Positions 42,331-54,800 of a DNA stretch of 64,000 nt are shown here, piece by piece; within the stretch, counting starts at the first letter, position 1; the number at the start of each line of letters is the position of its first letter. Source of the stretch: the human T2T-CHM13v2.0 reference genome, Homo sapiens; the NCBI RefSeq assembly GCF_009914755.1, contig NC_060937.1; one strand, given 5' to 3'. The notes under the pieces were generated by a model. It did no database searches. It was not told where the DNA came from and was given only the letters and a program-made list of their open reading frames with translations. Position numbers and translations under genes: made by a program.

Positions 42331-44095
42331 TTTTTATTACAGTTGCTCCTTTCTCATTGTTTCTAGTTAAATCTGAGTAACAACTAACCTTGTTTGGGCA
42401 ATAATCTGAAGTTTCAACTTAAGATGGCTGAAATGTCACTTTCTTTCAGATTTAAATAGCTTCATAAAGTTTATTTGAGGCCACCATCTTATAATAAAAG
42501 TTAAGCATTGATTATGAAAAGAATAACATAGAATACCCTCGCACTGAGAGATATATCTTTGGCCTACCTCCCATAAATGTGTCATGCTTGTTTATCACTT
42601 TCAACATGAGAGATCTTTGCTATTTGGAAGGGCAGGTGTTATTACAGTTTTATGGAGGAGAAGTTAAAGTGAAGATTTACATTGAGCATCTCTCATGAAA
42701 CAATTATTAAGCCTGTATGAGACATTTCTCTTCCTTAAAGTCTTTTCTGGGCCATTTCTACACTGGATTTCTTTGCTTGTTAGTTTTCTTTCTCTGGACT
42801 ACCCCTTTTACAGAATCCAGCCTTGATATTTACTCTATTTTCTGCTTAGATTATCCTCATTACCCAGACTTTCTAATTCCATTTCTTCTCTCCTTTATAT
42901 TTCTGGATCCTGCTCCTAAACTTACAAACACAAACCCATCTCCATACAATGAAGGTCATCCAGCCCCCTTAGACAGTAGGCAGAATTTCACGTAGCAGAC
43001 CATTTCTTTTTCTGATATACATTCCTTTTCCTGCCACCCATAGACTTTAATCACTTTTCACAGCAGCCCCTTCCCTGTAACGGATCATTGCACATGGCAA
43101 GTAGTGGAGTTAGTATAGCTTCAGGCGTGCTTTCTCCTCTGTTTAGCATTTGAGATAATCTCGGCAGCTACAGTGGCTGGTGAAGATCAAAGGTATTTTG
43201 CCTGCCCGAGGTCAAGATCACTCTTGCTTTGCAAGCCTGTGAGTCTGAAAGTGACGTCAGCAGATACACTGCTTTCTCTCCAAAAAAGTTTTGGCAAAAA
43301 ACACTAAGTGAAAGCAAAATATTTCTGAGGCAGCTCCTAAGTCATATAAATTTGTCTCTCTGTACTCTTTTCCTGAAATATTTTGTATGTTATAAACTTG
43401 AGGTTTCTGATGCATCTTGACTGCATGTGAGGCACTTTGGTGGTACATTTTTGGACAGAGAAACTAAAAAAGCCATCCTGTAATGAATTCTTTACCTAAG
43501 GCCCCACTTTAACACACTTTACCTGTATCCAGAAGTTGTATAAATGAGCTAGACTATATTATTCAGAGATTTAAAGTTAAAGATTAATACCTTCTGGTCA
43601 GTAGCTTTCTGGAATTTTTACCACAGATAAATATGAATGTTGCAGAAGAAAAGAAAGGGGAAAATAGCAAAATTATCAGAGTATTTCAGTGCCACAGTGT
43701 GTTTGAGAAACAAGATTAGGGAGCGCTAAAATGATTCAAATCATCTTAACCTGCTGCTGGTTTTCATACCTTGCACCTTTAAGTTGCAAGTAAAAAATTC
43801 TAAGCAAATTAGCTTAGGTGAAAAAGGAGAATTTATTGAATGGACATATACACACGTATCATGGAGTTTAAAGGCAAGAAAAAATTGAGTCTTCCTAAAT
43901 GCTAGAACAAGGGCCTAGATAGTAGAGGCAGCCAACATCCCACCATTTCTTTGTCTTTTGTTTTTACTTCTGTCTGCACATCTACTTTCTTTCCCTGTAC
44001 CTGCTTACAGGCTTTCTCTACTCCCAGCATGTGACAGGTTGGTGCTATCCAAAAAATTTCTACAGTGAGGGAAAAATTAGCTCTATTCCACATTT

Positions 44096-44242
44096 GCTCT
44101 GTTCAATATGGTAGGTCACTAGCCACATATGTCTATTGAGCACTTGAAATATGGCTGGGGTAACTAAGGTTCAAAATTTTAATTAATTTAAACTTAACTT
44201 CAAAATGCCACATGTGTCTAGTGACAACCATATTATACAATA
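44096..44242. mobile_element. MER3 (hAT-Charlie) fossil, probably within an ancient MLT1 LTR (~43780-44420)
   Basis: ctgttcaatatggtaggtcactagccacatatgtctattgagcacttgaaat...gccacatgtgtctagtgacaaccatatt; palindromic ends. Confidence 0.8.
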
Positions 44243-47019
44243 AAGTTATAATATATGACTCTCCAATGGTGTCAGAGTTTGCATACCTGAATCCCAGTTT
44301 CAAGTTCTCAAGATAGAACCATCGATTGACCTAGCTTGTTTCAGGTACTACCCAGGTTCAACCAGCTTTGTCAAAGTAATGCGTGTATATAGTATAAACA
44401 TGACAGCCAGGGTCAACCCTTATGTATGGAGAAAGGGATACCATACTCAGAAAAGTGATTATGTTCTGGATAGTCACTCCAAAACTCCAAAAGATCTCTG
44501 CTCCTCATAATACCTTCCTACCCTGATTAATTTTCATATCACCTTCACTTACTACAGGCAAAAGAGATTTAGGATTCTTGTTCATGCAATAATATGAATT
44601 ACACTTTCCCTGATATCAGGGAGATACATCAATAATACACATCTTGCCATTAAATGGCAAAGATATAACAACTTAGGAATGATTCAGAAATCAGAAATCA
44701 ATATCTGGAGGCATTTAGCCCCTTGAATATAGAAATATTCTTATATATAGATACACTTTTTTTGCTGTTGAAAGGTATCTCTAGTTTTTAAACAATGGAA
44801 GCAGTGGAAGAGCCCACATAGCTGGGCAATATTTGACCCTGGGATGGAGCCCTCTGCCCCAGGGTTAGGCAACCTTTCTAGTGTGGGTAGATAGGGAGTG
44901 TCAAGTGTAATCTGAGGCCAAAGCTTTCTGGGAAGCGTGCCCCTGATGTAGGCTATCTGAGTGCTCTGACCCTGTCCATCTGCCTACCTCATCTGTCCTG
45001 ACCTATGAGGCCTGTAGCTCATTAAGATCTTGGCTATTGACATCTGACTTGCTCTAGCCTCAAGCTTTGCTTTCTGGCTTTCCACTCTGCATGCTCCTTG
45101 ATCTCAATTTTTAAATCAGTTTCCCAATCTCTACCTTGCCATGATCGTATCAGCAATGGTTCCTGATTACTCAGCTTTTCTGTCTTAATGATCTTCCCTG
45201 AGGGCTCCGGCTAATGAGTCCTAGTGCCTGGCATGATGGATGAGCCTTTTAGCAAATACTTTCAGATAAACATTTTTCCTTCTTCTTTTCTGCTAACAAG
45301 TACATATGATGCACTGATACCTCAACTAATGACAAATGCATTCTAATGAGACTTCTTAAATATTGTCAGAAATTTATAAACTAGATTGGAATAACAGCAT
45401 AGTATTAGACTTGCATTCCTGCTATAAAGAAAAATTATCTAAAACCTATAAATAAGGTCCAGAGGATAGCTGCATTATCTTTTAGTGTATATTTTAGGCA
45501 CACCTTTAAATTATTTGATTTTGTAGGCTGATGTACCACTGTTTGACTTTGCCATTTACTGTTGATTAGTGCACATACACTGTGGAGTTATGTCTTTACT
45601 AGTAGTTTTTGTTCAATAGAGATGTGAATAGTTTCTGTGTGGTAAAAAAGATAAGCAACAGTTTATTGCCTGGTAGGACACTAAGTTGTTTTGTGTTTAA
45701 ACGGACAATAATCTTACTCTAATATTATTATTTTTAAAATTGCCTATAAATAGTTTCTCAAAATGTTTTGTTTGAAATAACTTTATATCTACTGGTTCCC
45801 TCATTAATAAATGAGTTGAATACACTTTGAACATGTTCATCGTGTATTTGTATGGGTCATGTTAAGTTATGACAATTATATTTTGCCACTGCAGATGAAA
45901 TAAAAAGGTTAATAATAGTAAACTAGTACTAGCGACAAAATCAAACATGAGTCTTCAGGAGTGGGAAGGTGTTGCATTGAAGACAGTGAGGTTGAAAGGA
46001 GTGAGAGAGTGGAAATTGGCACTCAGTCAGGGACAAACATGCCAGAAAGAGGACATTTACACAGAACATGGAGCTCCAATTGACATATGAGGGTTATCCT
46101 GGGCTCATTCTTCCCCTCACTTTATCACCAAGAAGCCATGGAAATAACTCTTTTGGGGACTGTGGCTACTCATCTTCAGCCAAGGAAGAGTTAGTAGCGC
46201 AATGTCCCTCCTGCCTAAGTCTAGGGTGCTGAAAGAAGGGCTAGGAGACCATCAATTATGATGCTATTCAGATTTATGTTCCTAAGAGACTCTGCACAGG
46301 TACCTCTGAAGACTAGTCTAAGGACTTTGAATGTGAGCTTCGGCTAGAAGTTTCTGAGGGTCTGTGGAACACTTAGGGAAAGCCCCCTCTTCTTGGGTCT
46401 GCCCTTCAGGACTGTGGAAGTCAAGAGCCTCAGATAAGCAGCAGCTTGGAAACATCAGAAGCCCTCCCAGGAATCTGCAGAAAGGACCAGGCTACGAAGA
46501 CCTTATTCCTTGCAGACCTCTGCTTCCATTTTTCACCTCCAACTAATTTGTACATTGATTGATAAGGAGGTCAATCCATGGTCTAGTGAGTGTCTATCTA
46601 CATGGAGCGTAGACATTGTTGGCCTGTTGTTATACCCCTCAGCGAGGAAAAGGAATCAATTTCCCTCCCAGAAATCTAGTTGGATGAGTCTCAGCAAGTT
46701 ACAACAAGGATCTACCTTACTCCCAAACTAACTGAAAACTCAACCATCAGATTCTTGGCAGAGAAAGGATGGAGGTAAACGTGACAATGAACTGAGAAGC
46801 TTCAGGCTCCACTGGTAAAGCAAGCGGGAGAAAAAGGCAAGGGAAGCACTTCTGCAGCCTCCACCCAGATTTTAAATTTATTTTTGTATCTTTTGAATAG
46901 GTTGCTCAAGGCCTTTGGTAAAATGACAAAATGAGGTTTTTTCAAATCTTCCTTTCACATCTTACAGGTATGAATGGTACTAGGTTTACCATTTTAAAAA
47001 GTCACAGTTGAGCTTCCAG

Positions 47020-47021
<2 letters not shown>

Positions 47022-47065
<44 letters not shown>
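47022..47065. repeat. (TG)22 microsatellite
   Basis: Perfect uninterrupted TG run. Confidence 0.98.
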
Positions 47066-47070
<5 letters not shown>

Positions 47071-47889
47071 CTTTCATTAATGGGTTCTTTCCAAGTCAGG
47101 AAATCAACAAGAGACAAAATTTATAGCTAGACTAAGTTAAAGAATGCTGTTCTGAGCACTAGATTTTCTTTTCTGCTTTTAAAAATCCCCATTTGTCTTC
47201 ACATTTTCTTTTCCAAACCCCTCCCCATCCTATTCCATGTGGCTGGAGGCTTAATATGCTAACACTTAGGAGAACAGAAGACTTTCTCCAGAGAGAGCTA
47301 CAGAGCTGTTCTGTGTAACTGCCAGAACCGCCAACCTGAGCCTCCCAACACAGACCAGCCTGGCCCTGCCAGGATGCAATCTGTCTCCAGTCCCACAGCA
47401 GAAGAGAGGCCCAGGGGCACCTTGGACTGGCTTTCTTCCTCCGGCATTGGAGGATGGCTTCAAAGATTGGGCAAAGTCTCTGGAAAGTTTTTTTTAAAAA
47501 AGGTTATCTATTGAGGTGACCAATTGAAAAAGATACTGGCTAGGAACATATGACTTATTTTTTCTCAGCCATTTCTCTATTCACACCAGGCCCTCTTCTC
47601 ACCCAGTTACAATCAAAGAAGGGATTTTTTAAAAAATTGTTGTTTCTTATGTTCCTTCTAGTAATATGTGCTGAGATGATTAAGAAAAAACTCTAATCTT
47701 ACCATTATACAAGTTAATATAATTTAATTTTTATTCATTTCTTGGCATTGTGAAAGGCCATAGAGGTAAAAGAAGAGGATATTATCTCACACTTCAAGAA
47801 CTTTCTTTTTTCTCACTGTTCTTTTTAATTCAAAAATAAAATGAGATGAATTTTACCAATAAACTTGACAAATATTATTTTTATATGAT

Positions 47890-48185
47890 CACACCTACTA
47901 GTATAAGAAGGAGGTAAGGAAATGGACATCTTAAACACTGCTCATAGTGAATATAAATTGCATAAATTTTTGGAGAACAATTAAAAATATACATATGATT
48001 TACAGATGAAATGACATCGGGGGTTTGCTTTAAAACTATCTAGTAAGACATGAGTAGAGAGAAATAGGGTAGGAAGAATAAAACAAGATTGTTCATATAT
48101 TAATAACTGTTGAAGTGAAAATGCATTAAACAATTTTATGTAATTTGTATATGTTTTTACAATTCCATAATGAGCATTTAAAAGG
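47890..48185 (+). mobile_element. Old L1M (ME/MD-like) 3' fragments
   Basis: acactgctcatagtgaatataaattg; ggggtttgctttaaaac; ttaataactgttgaag. Confidence 0.5.
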
Positions 48186-48209
48186 AAAAAAATACACAAT
48201 GCACAACCT

Positions 48210-49570
48210 TTCATTCGTTTATTCATTAAATGTGTTTCCCAGGTGCCTGTGATGGTGCTAGGCATAGTTTTAAGTACTGAGGATATAGTAAGGTACAAAC
48301 ACACTCTTGCTCTCAATGAGCTTAATTCTAGGGACAAGAAAAAGGCTTTAAGGGCATTAAAAATGTACATAAAATATATCAGGTGGTGATCACTGCTATA
48401 AAAACAGGAACAGATTAAGGGAATGCCAGGTGCAGTTAGTTTTGTGCTTTTCAAGACAAGCCTCTGGTAGCATGATATTTAAACAGAGACTTAAAGAAAT
48501 TTAGAAAGTAATCTCTGAATACTGTGTGGAAGAACATTCTATAAACATTCCAGGAAGAGGGAACAATACATGCAAAGGTGTGCTTGGTGTGTTTAAAGGC
48601 TAGCAAGGACAATCTGTGAGGAGGAGAGTGATGTGAGATAAGAATAGAGAGATACCAAGAAGCAAGATTTTTGGGGACCTTGCAGGTCATTGGAAAGACC
48701 TTGGCATTATTCTGAATGAGATGAGAATCCACTGGGGTTTTGAACAAATGGATAACATAATCTGGTTGCTCTGAAAAGAGTCTGTTGGAGGAGCAGACAA
48801 GCAAATGTAAAAATCAGGAGACCAGTTCAGAAGTCTTTCTCTTATCTAGGTGAGAAATGACAGTAGAGAGTTGATGAGAAGCCATTGGATTTCTGTCCAT
48901 CTTGATGTCAGTCAACAGGATCTCCTGAGAGATTGGACATGTGATAAGGGAGAAAGAGAGATGGCTCCTGAGTTTTTGACCTAAGATACAAGACGAATGA
49001 AATTTCCATTTACACATTTACCTTGAATTGTAAAAACAATTCAAGTGTTCTACATTTGTGAAAGTAGAGATAATTCTGGCTGAGATATTGAGTAAGCAGT
49101 TGGGTATATGAGTCTGGAGTTTAGGGAAGAGGTACTAACTTGATGTATACATTTGGAAGTAGTTGGTTTAGAGATGACAGTTAAATCCATGGAAAGAAAG
49201 GAAATCACCAAGAATAAGTATAAATAGAGAAGACAAGAGGTCTGAAGCCTGGGGCACCTACCACTGCAATGTTAGAGGTTAGGAACATTAGGAAGAACCA
49301 GCAAAGGACAGTGGAGAGCTACAGATGATGTTCTAGCAGTGAAGTGACCAAAAGGTGTTTCAGGAAGGGAAGGCCAAATACTGCTGATGGCTCAAGAAAG
49401 GTGAGGACTGAAGCCTGCACTTCGGATTTAGCAATGTGGGGTGCATTGCTGTTTTGTGATTATGATAGGACAGAAGCATGATGGACGTTTTTCAAGATAG
49501 AAAAAGAAGAGAGAAAGTGACAGTAAGTAATGAAAACTCAATATGAAGGGATTTGCTGTAAAGGGGCTGG
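48210..49570 (-). mobile_element. L2 LINE 3' portion
   Basis: cattcgtttattcattaaatgt 3' end; gaacattc...ccaggaagagggaacaatacatgcaaagg; gagtaagcagttgggtatatgagtctggagtttaggg. Confidence 0.85.
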
Positions 49571-49589
49571 CTGCATAAGTGGCATGGCC

Positions 49590-50062
49590 ATGAACTGATG
49601 GCACACTCAAATTAGGTAATTTGGAATTTTAATAAATGGACTATGTACAAAGGTTTGAACAGAGAGTAGAGAACCCACAAAGGATAGTGCACTACCGTGG
49701 TGCCACTTAACATTGAGCTCTGTTGTTACCCTAGACCAGATGAGTGAGGGAGGGAGCCATGGCTGGAACCTGGAGACAGAAGGGAGAGGAGCTGGTGGAC
49801 AGAACTTCCTGGCAGGACCTGCGATGCTCAGTAGAGGAATCAACCAGCCAATGGCAGAGCTCCAGGGGAGTAGAGTCAGCACCCCAACTTCACTGTCCTC
49901 TCTCCATCCTCCAATCTTTGCATCATGCTTTAGTGGCTAAACCCAAACAAAAGCAAGAGGGCCAGGGAGTTTGTTAATGAAGTTCATGCAGATCCACCTT
50001 CTGAGACACAGAAGCAGCCCAAGAAGTGGGTCTGAAGAGTTAAATGGAAGATACTCAGCACA
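49590..50062 (-). mobile_element. LTR33-like ERVL solo LTR
   Basis: gatggcacactcaaattaggtaatttgg...taataaatggactatgtacaaagg at one end; aaatggaagatactcagcaca at the other. Confidence 0.7.
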
Positions 50063-50342
50063 AAGAAGATCAGAAACAGACCAGTGAGTGGAGGAAAGAT
50101 ACAGAGTTAAGAGAGCAAGAATTGATGGTAGCAGAAATTCCACTGCAGAACATTTCTTCTAAGGATATAATAATTGATACATAAAGGTTTTAGCTATAAA
50201 TTGACATCTCAAGATAGCTAATAATAGCATAAAGTAGAAAATTTATGAAAATTTATTGACAATGAAATACTATCTAGCAATTAACAGCAATCATGTAGAA
50301 AAATATAGAATAACAAAAACAATCATGATAAATCATTAATTG

Positions 50343-50474
50343 GGCTGGGCACAGTGGCTCATGCCTGTAATCCCAACTTTTAGGGAGGCAGAGGTGGGAG
50401 GATAGCTTGAGCCCAGGAGTTCAAGACCTGCCTGGACAATATAGCGAGACCCCGTTCTCCACAAAAAGGAAAAA
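50343..50474 (+). pseudogene. BC200 (BCYRN1) RNA retropseudogene, Alu-monomer domain plus start of A-rich domain
   Basis: BC200-specific text ggatagcttgagcccagg, gacctgcctgg, caatatagcgagaccccgttctcca-c-aaaaaggaaaaaaa (differs from generic FLAM_C); perfect 13-bp TSD aaatcattaattg (50330-50342 / 50475-50487). Confidence 0.9.
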
Positions 50475-51804
50475 AAATCATTAATTGAAATAGATGTATA
50501 AATTCATAAATGCATTACATATATTTTGATTCTAATTTCTAAAAAAGAAATGTATCTGTTTACTTAGAAACAAAACTGGAAGCATTTGTACAACATGTTA
50601 AATGTCATTATCTTTGAATAATTTTATGGGTTTTTTTTTTGGCTCACACTCTTTATGGCATAGCCTGCATGATGGCTCACTTCCCTTCAGTATGAACACA
50701 CCCCAACATCCACACCACCATATAGTTCATGTGTATTTTAAGTTGTCCTTCTCATGCTGCTGCTCTTAATTCTACAGATTCATCACATTATTTGAAGTTG
50801 AGCTCCAAGGCATCTACATGGGGCCTTAATCACATGTTCTCCTTTGACTCTTTCTATTTCTTACAATAAAAGTCACGTGTTATATGTCTGGCTGCCACAT
50901 ATCTTTCCCATGAGGACCAAACTGGAGGAAGCACCAAGCCAGGTCTGGGGAATGGGAAGCACACTTGAGTCCTGTTATTGGTGATGGTAATAGATAGTAA
51001 CCGCAGGTCAAAGGCAGCGCTTAGAGAATCAAGCACCAAACAAAATATTGCCATGTTGTAACTTCATTTGTGGGTCCTCTGTATAGGTGGTTGATGTAAA
51101 GGTAAATGGTGATTGTGATAAAACCATATAAAAGTATGTATTGAACCTGATTCTGTGCTGAATGCTAGGTTGGGAATTATGGGGGAAATATAGGAAATGG
51201 TCTTTGCACTCAAAGAACTTATTATTTAGCTGGAGACAAAATTAATATACAAACAAATGAGAATGATAAGTAGGATATAATTAAATATGTAAAATTGTTT
51301 CTTACAGGACATAAATTTTATGCATTTTGGAGGAAGTAAGGGTGAGATTAATCAGGAACGTGCTGTTAAAATGTTGAGCTGAACTCGGAAGGAGGAGTAG
51401 GGCTGGAAGAGAATCAGGACAAAATTTTGTGAGGGAACTAGACAGCCATGGGCCTGTTAGGGCTAGATTAAAAAATTCAAGGAGCAAGCAAGGGCAGAAT
51501 GATGACAGACAAAAACTTTTTGTTTTTGTTTTTTTTTTTAATAAACATGAACTTTCCCAAGTTAACATGTGCGCATCAGAATACTCCTGTCCTGGGAAAA
51601 TATTACATTCTTTAGCCAACTGACTGTAACATGACAACAGAATTAACTTTTAAAAAAATCTTCAGAGAAAAAGAGCCACTTGGTAGGGAGGTGATTTAGT
51701 TTAACAGGCCACTGAACAAGTTAGGAAACATGAATTTTAGTTCCCATAACGACTGTCTTTTGTTACCAAGTCTGTTAACCACCTTGACCTTGCATCAGAT
51801 GAGA

Positions 51805-52020
51805 CAATTATTTATTGACTGCTTCCTCTATGTTAGGCCTCTTATATACATGATATTATTTAATTCTTATAACAACCTTAAGAGTAGGATTTTTAAAAAA
51901 TCTCCATTATACAAATGAGGAAACTGAGATGCAGAGAAGACAAGAGAAACTTACCCAAGTTCACACAGCTAGAAGTGGTAGAGTTGTGATTAAACTGAAG
52001 CCATCTGACTTCAGGACACC
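51805..52020 (-). mobile_element. MIR SINE
   Basis: ctccattatacaaatgaggaaactgagatgcagagaag...acttacccaagttcacacagctagaagtgg. Confidence 0.85.
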
Positions 52021-53439
52021 ACAGTGTCTCAAATAGTCTTGGTTTCACAATGTCAACATGTTCCACAGTCATGCAATGAAAACACATATGGGAAGGTTTA
52101 CACAAATTCCACCTTTCTAACCCTTGTAGTTTTCTGTTTTTCCATCTTGTGATAGGGCATGACTTAAATCATAACATAGCTGCACACTTCACAAGAGTAC
52201 TCCTTAAAAACTGAAGTATCTGTTTCCAAATAGCACTGAAATTCTAGAGGCCAAATATGTTTTCTAAGAGTGAGAAGTTCTTGGCCCAGTACCCAGGCAC
52301 AAGAGTCTCCTGCTATGTGCTTCCATGGAAACGAGCCAGGGATGTCCACAGCTACACAGCACAGGAATGTGGCCCTTGCAGAGATAGTCAGGGAGGGTGC
52401 TTAACAAGATTAGGAAATGGCTACATTTCAGTAACCTGCAGGACTTGGAATTCACAGGAAATGATTTCTTCCCTTGTGGGAGCTAAGGCATTCAAGTAAA
52501 TCTGAGCGCCTGTCAGAGAAGCAGCCGTCACTAGGCTTGCTGATTACATTTGCAGTTAAAACCCAAAATCCCCACTCCTAATAGTTCTTACTTTGAAAAT
52601 TACATCTTATAGGTATCTTTGCTAATGTCTCCCCTACAAAACAGATTTAATCTTCACAGAAAATCCTTGAAGTCACAGAGATAAGCTACCCATGCAGATG
52701 CAAAGTAGAACGTTTTCCCAAAATGTAGGTGGAATTAGACTCCAGTGCATTAATCAATTTCTACATACCCAGATCTGCCTGGAAGTTCAGGTCATTCTTA
52801 ACAACACCACCTTTTGCCTCAAATTCACAGAAGGCCATTCATGTTACTTTTGGGTTTTAAACCTGGTGTCTGATTGGTTTTTCCAGTGGGGCCATGGTTT
52901 GGTTAAGAGGACTATATTCTTTAGTCAGCCAAAAAGCAAACTATTCAGCAACCCAGAAGATGTTGGTGTAGATTATTGAAAGTTCCCTGTGAAATAATGC
53001 TGGTTCTTCTGGAAGCTTATCCAGCCAGCTAGGAAAGTCATTGCAGCAGTCTTTTTCTTTCAAAGCATTTGGAATTTCAGACATTTTTGGTGTGTGAAGG
53101 GAGAAAAAAAGCACCTGGTAGGAAAAAAATCTTTAAAAAACATACGTCTGCTCCACAAACGTGCTCCTCAGAATTGTGAAAAGGCCCCTACAAAAAAGTC
53201 AGACTACAAATAATGATTTAATTCAGCTCCTTTGGTGTGAGAACCCATCATCTTTTGTTCATGACAGCAATCTCCATTAAATAATAGTAAGTTAAAGATA
53301 TCCCTGGCCAAATATCAGCTTCGGAGTGAAACCCTCTTTTAAGTTATTCCCTTGCCTCCCCTTAACGTTTTTGAGGTCAGATGGGCAGGCTGCACATTTA
53401 GAATTGGAGATGGGCTTTTCTTTATAGCTTCAGAACCAC

Positions 53440-53655
53440 AGCCTTTTTCTCTGTATCAACCTTTTCTCTCTATATCTCCCCATTTCTTCCTCTTAAGACC
53501 TTCTCCCTTACCCTTTCCCTTTCAGATCACCCTGACTTCCATCTTTTTTCTCTGTTCTCACTTTTTGCTTTCTTTCTCTCCTTTTCCTTCTTTTTTCCTT
53601 TAAGTGTCTGTCTTCTTCTCATTCTCTTTCCATCCCTTCCTTATTTCCCTCTCTC
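53440..53655. repeat. Pyrimidine-rich low-complexity tract
   Basis: ~210 bp dominated by C/T on the + strand. Confidence 0.8.
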
Positions 53656-53886
53656 AAAAACGAAAAGTGAACACACAAATACACTCATATCTGCTGAAAT
53701 GTCCATTGTAATGGAGGAACACAAGGGTTTCCGAGGAGGCAGATTTGAGCTTCAGTTTAGTTCAGCCTGTTTTGGGTGAAACCTGAGCAGGGCAGGGCCC
53801 GTTTTTAGTATGCTTTTGCTTTTAAGCTACTCTTCCAAAATTATTTACATAGCTGTAGAATTGTGAACAATTTAGAATATTGTCAT

Positions 53887-54314
53887 TGCTATGGTTTGGA
53901 TGTTTATCCACCAAAACTTCATTGAAATTTGATCCTGGATGTTGGAGGTGCAGCCTAATGGGAAGTATTTGGGTCATGGGGGCAGATCCCTCATGAATAG
54001 ATCAATCCCCTCCCAGGAGCTAGGGGCATAGGGGGTAAGTGAGCTCTTGTTCTGTTAGTTCCCATGAGAGCTAATTGTTACAAAGAGTCTGGCACCCCAC
54101 CTCCCTCTCTCTTGCTTCCTCTCTCACCATGTGATCTCCACACATGCTAGCTCCCCTTCACCTTTGCCATGAGTGGAAGCAGCCTGAAGGCCACATCAGA
54201 TGCCCACTCTTGAATCTTCCAGTCAGCAGAACTGTGAGCTAAATAAACCTTTTTTCTTTATAAATTATCCAACCTCAGGTATTCCTTTATAGCAACACTA
54301 AAAGGAGTAAGACA
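53887..54314 (+). mobile_element. MSTB-like MaLR solo LTR
   Basis: tgctatggtttggatg...aataaacc...ttcctttatagcaacac...taagaca, 428 bp, perfect 5-bp TSD gtcat (53882-53886 / 54315-54319). Confidence 0.92.
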
Positions 54315-54594
54315 GTCATGGGTCATTATCATACTATTTTAAGAGTTTAATTGGCAGAAGTCATATCTTCACAGAAAAACTAGGTACCGGATGGTTAATA
54401 ACTGAAAATCAGGCAGAAAACTGTAACAATCAAGAGATCAACAAAACATTGTTGAATTCCTATTATGTTTAGGACATTGTAATAAGCAAGACGGAGGATA
54501 CAAGCAAACATATGCATTCTCAACCTCAAGTAGCTTGTAACCACATTTGAGATGACAAAGAACTTATACAAGAAAAAACAGCTAGACGTGGCTC

Positions 54595-54800
54595 TGATAT
54601 TTATTGAGCATTTACTAATTGCCAGCCACTGTGGCAAGCTATTTACATGTGTTCTCTGCTGTAATTCTTGAAACAAATATAATGAATGCCACATACCATT
54701 ATGACCCACATTTTATAGATGAGGAAACTGAGGCTTAGAGATTAAGTAAATTGCTTAAGGTCTCCCAGCATATGACATGGCTGGCAATTGAACTAGTATA
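54595..54800 (-). mobile_element. MIR SINE
   Basis: atttattgagcatttact...ttttatagatgaggaaactgaggcttagagattaagtaaattgcttaaggtc. Confidence 0.85.

Noticed and set aside
44096-44242. Hairpin or miRNA-like inverted repeat (also 10492-10595)
   Set aside because: Explained by the terminal inverted repeats of MER3 and MER81 fossils.
44800-46740. Possible ancient LTR fragments (44.8-45.2 kb and 46.0-46.7 kb)
   Set aside because: Composition is suggestive, but I could not match termini or a family with confidence; a Dfam search is needed.
47981-48804. 157-aa and 117-aa overlapping minus-strand ORFs
   Set aside because: They lie in decayed L2/L1 sequence and show no recognisable host domain or exon structure.
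50343-50474. The BCYRN1 gene itself
   Set aside because: Lacks the 3' unique C-rich domain and terminator, has CpG decay and is bounded by a TSD, so it is a retrocopy.
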